DNA of 64,000 nt from Octopus bimaculoides (Eukaryota). Below the pieces are notes generated by a model. The model was not told where the DNA came from. It saw nothing but the letters and a program-made list of their open reading frames with translations, and made no database searches. This document shows, in pieces, positions 63,951 through 64,000 of the stretch (positions within the stretch are counted from its first letter, which is position 1; every line of letters begins with the position of its first letter). The stretch is from positions 7,534,755 to 7,598,754 of the forward strand of contig NC_068982.1 in the NCBI RefSeq assembly GCF_001194135.2, given 5' to 3'. The translations under genes were made by a program, and so were the position numbers.

Positions 63951-64000
<50 letters not shown>
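63662..64000 (+). repeat. (TG)n and (TGGA)n microsatellites at the window end
   Basis: Direct reading at about 63662-63725 and 63954-64000. Confidence 0.9.

Overview
This is AT-rich, microsatellite-dense animal genomic DNA with nine N gaps, most flanked by (TA)n. The SINE repertoire points to an octopus (inference from remembered repeat sequences). One complete gene is clear: an intronless rhodopsin-class GPCR at 2636-3931 (+) of the invertebrate-type dopamine receptor class (INDR/Dop1R2-like). Most of the rest is a decayed mobile-element landscape: three tRNA-derived SINE families, CR1-like, R4/Dong-like and Penelope-like LINE fragments, a Tigger remnant, a Tigger-type MITE, a pogo/Fot1-like element, a DD37D maT element and two mariners. 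Signals absent from the ORF track are a candidate first coding exon with an ETS/YY1-type promoter at about 45.3-45.7 kb (-), a 502-bp TSD-flanked RTE-derived element with a possible HDV-like ribozyme remnant (57.35-57.85 kb), a 120-bp inverted templated insertion (21.7/22.9 kb), a perfect 24-bp-stem hairpin (52.9 kb) and a phase-compatible chain of plus-strand exon-like segments (28.5-32.9 kb). Repeat family names come from motif recognition, not database searches, and repeat boundaries are approximate.
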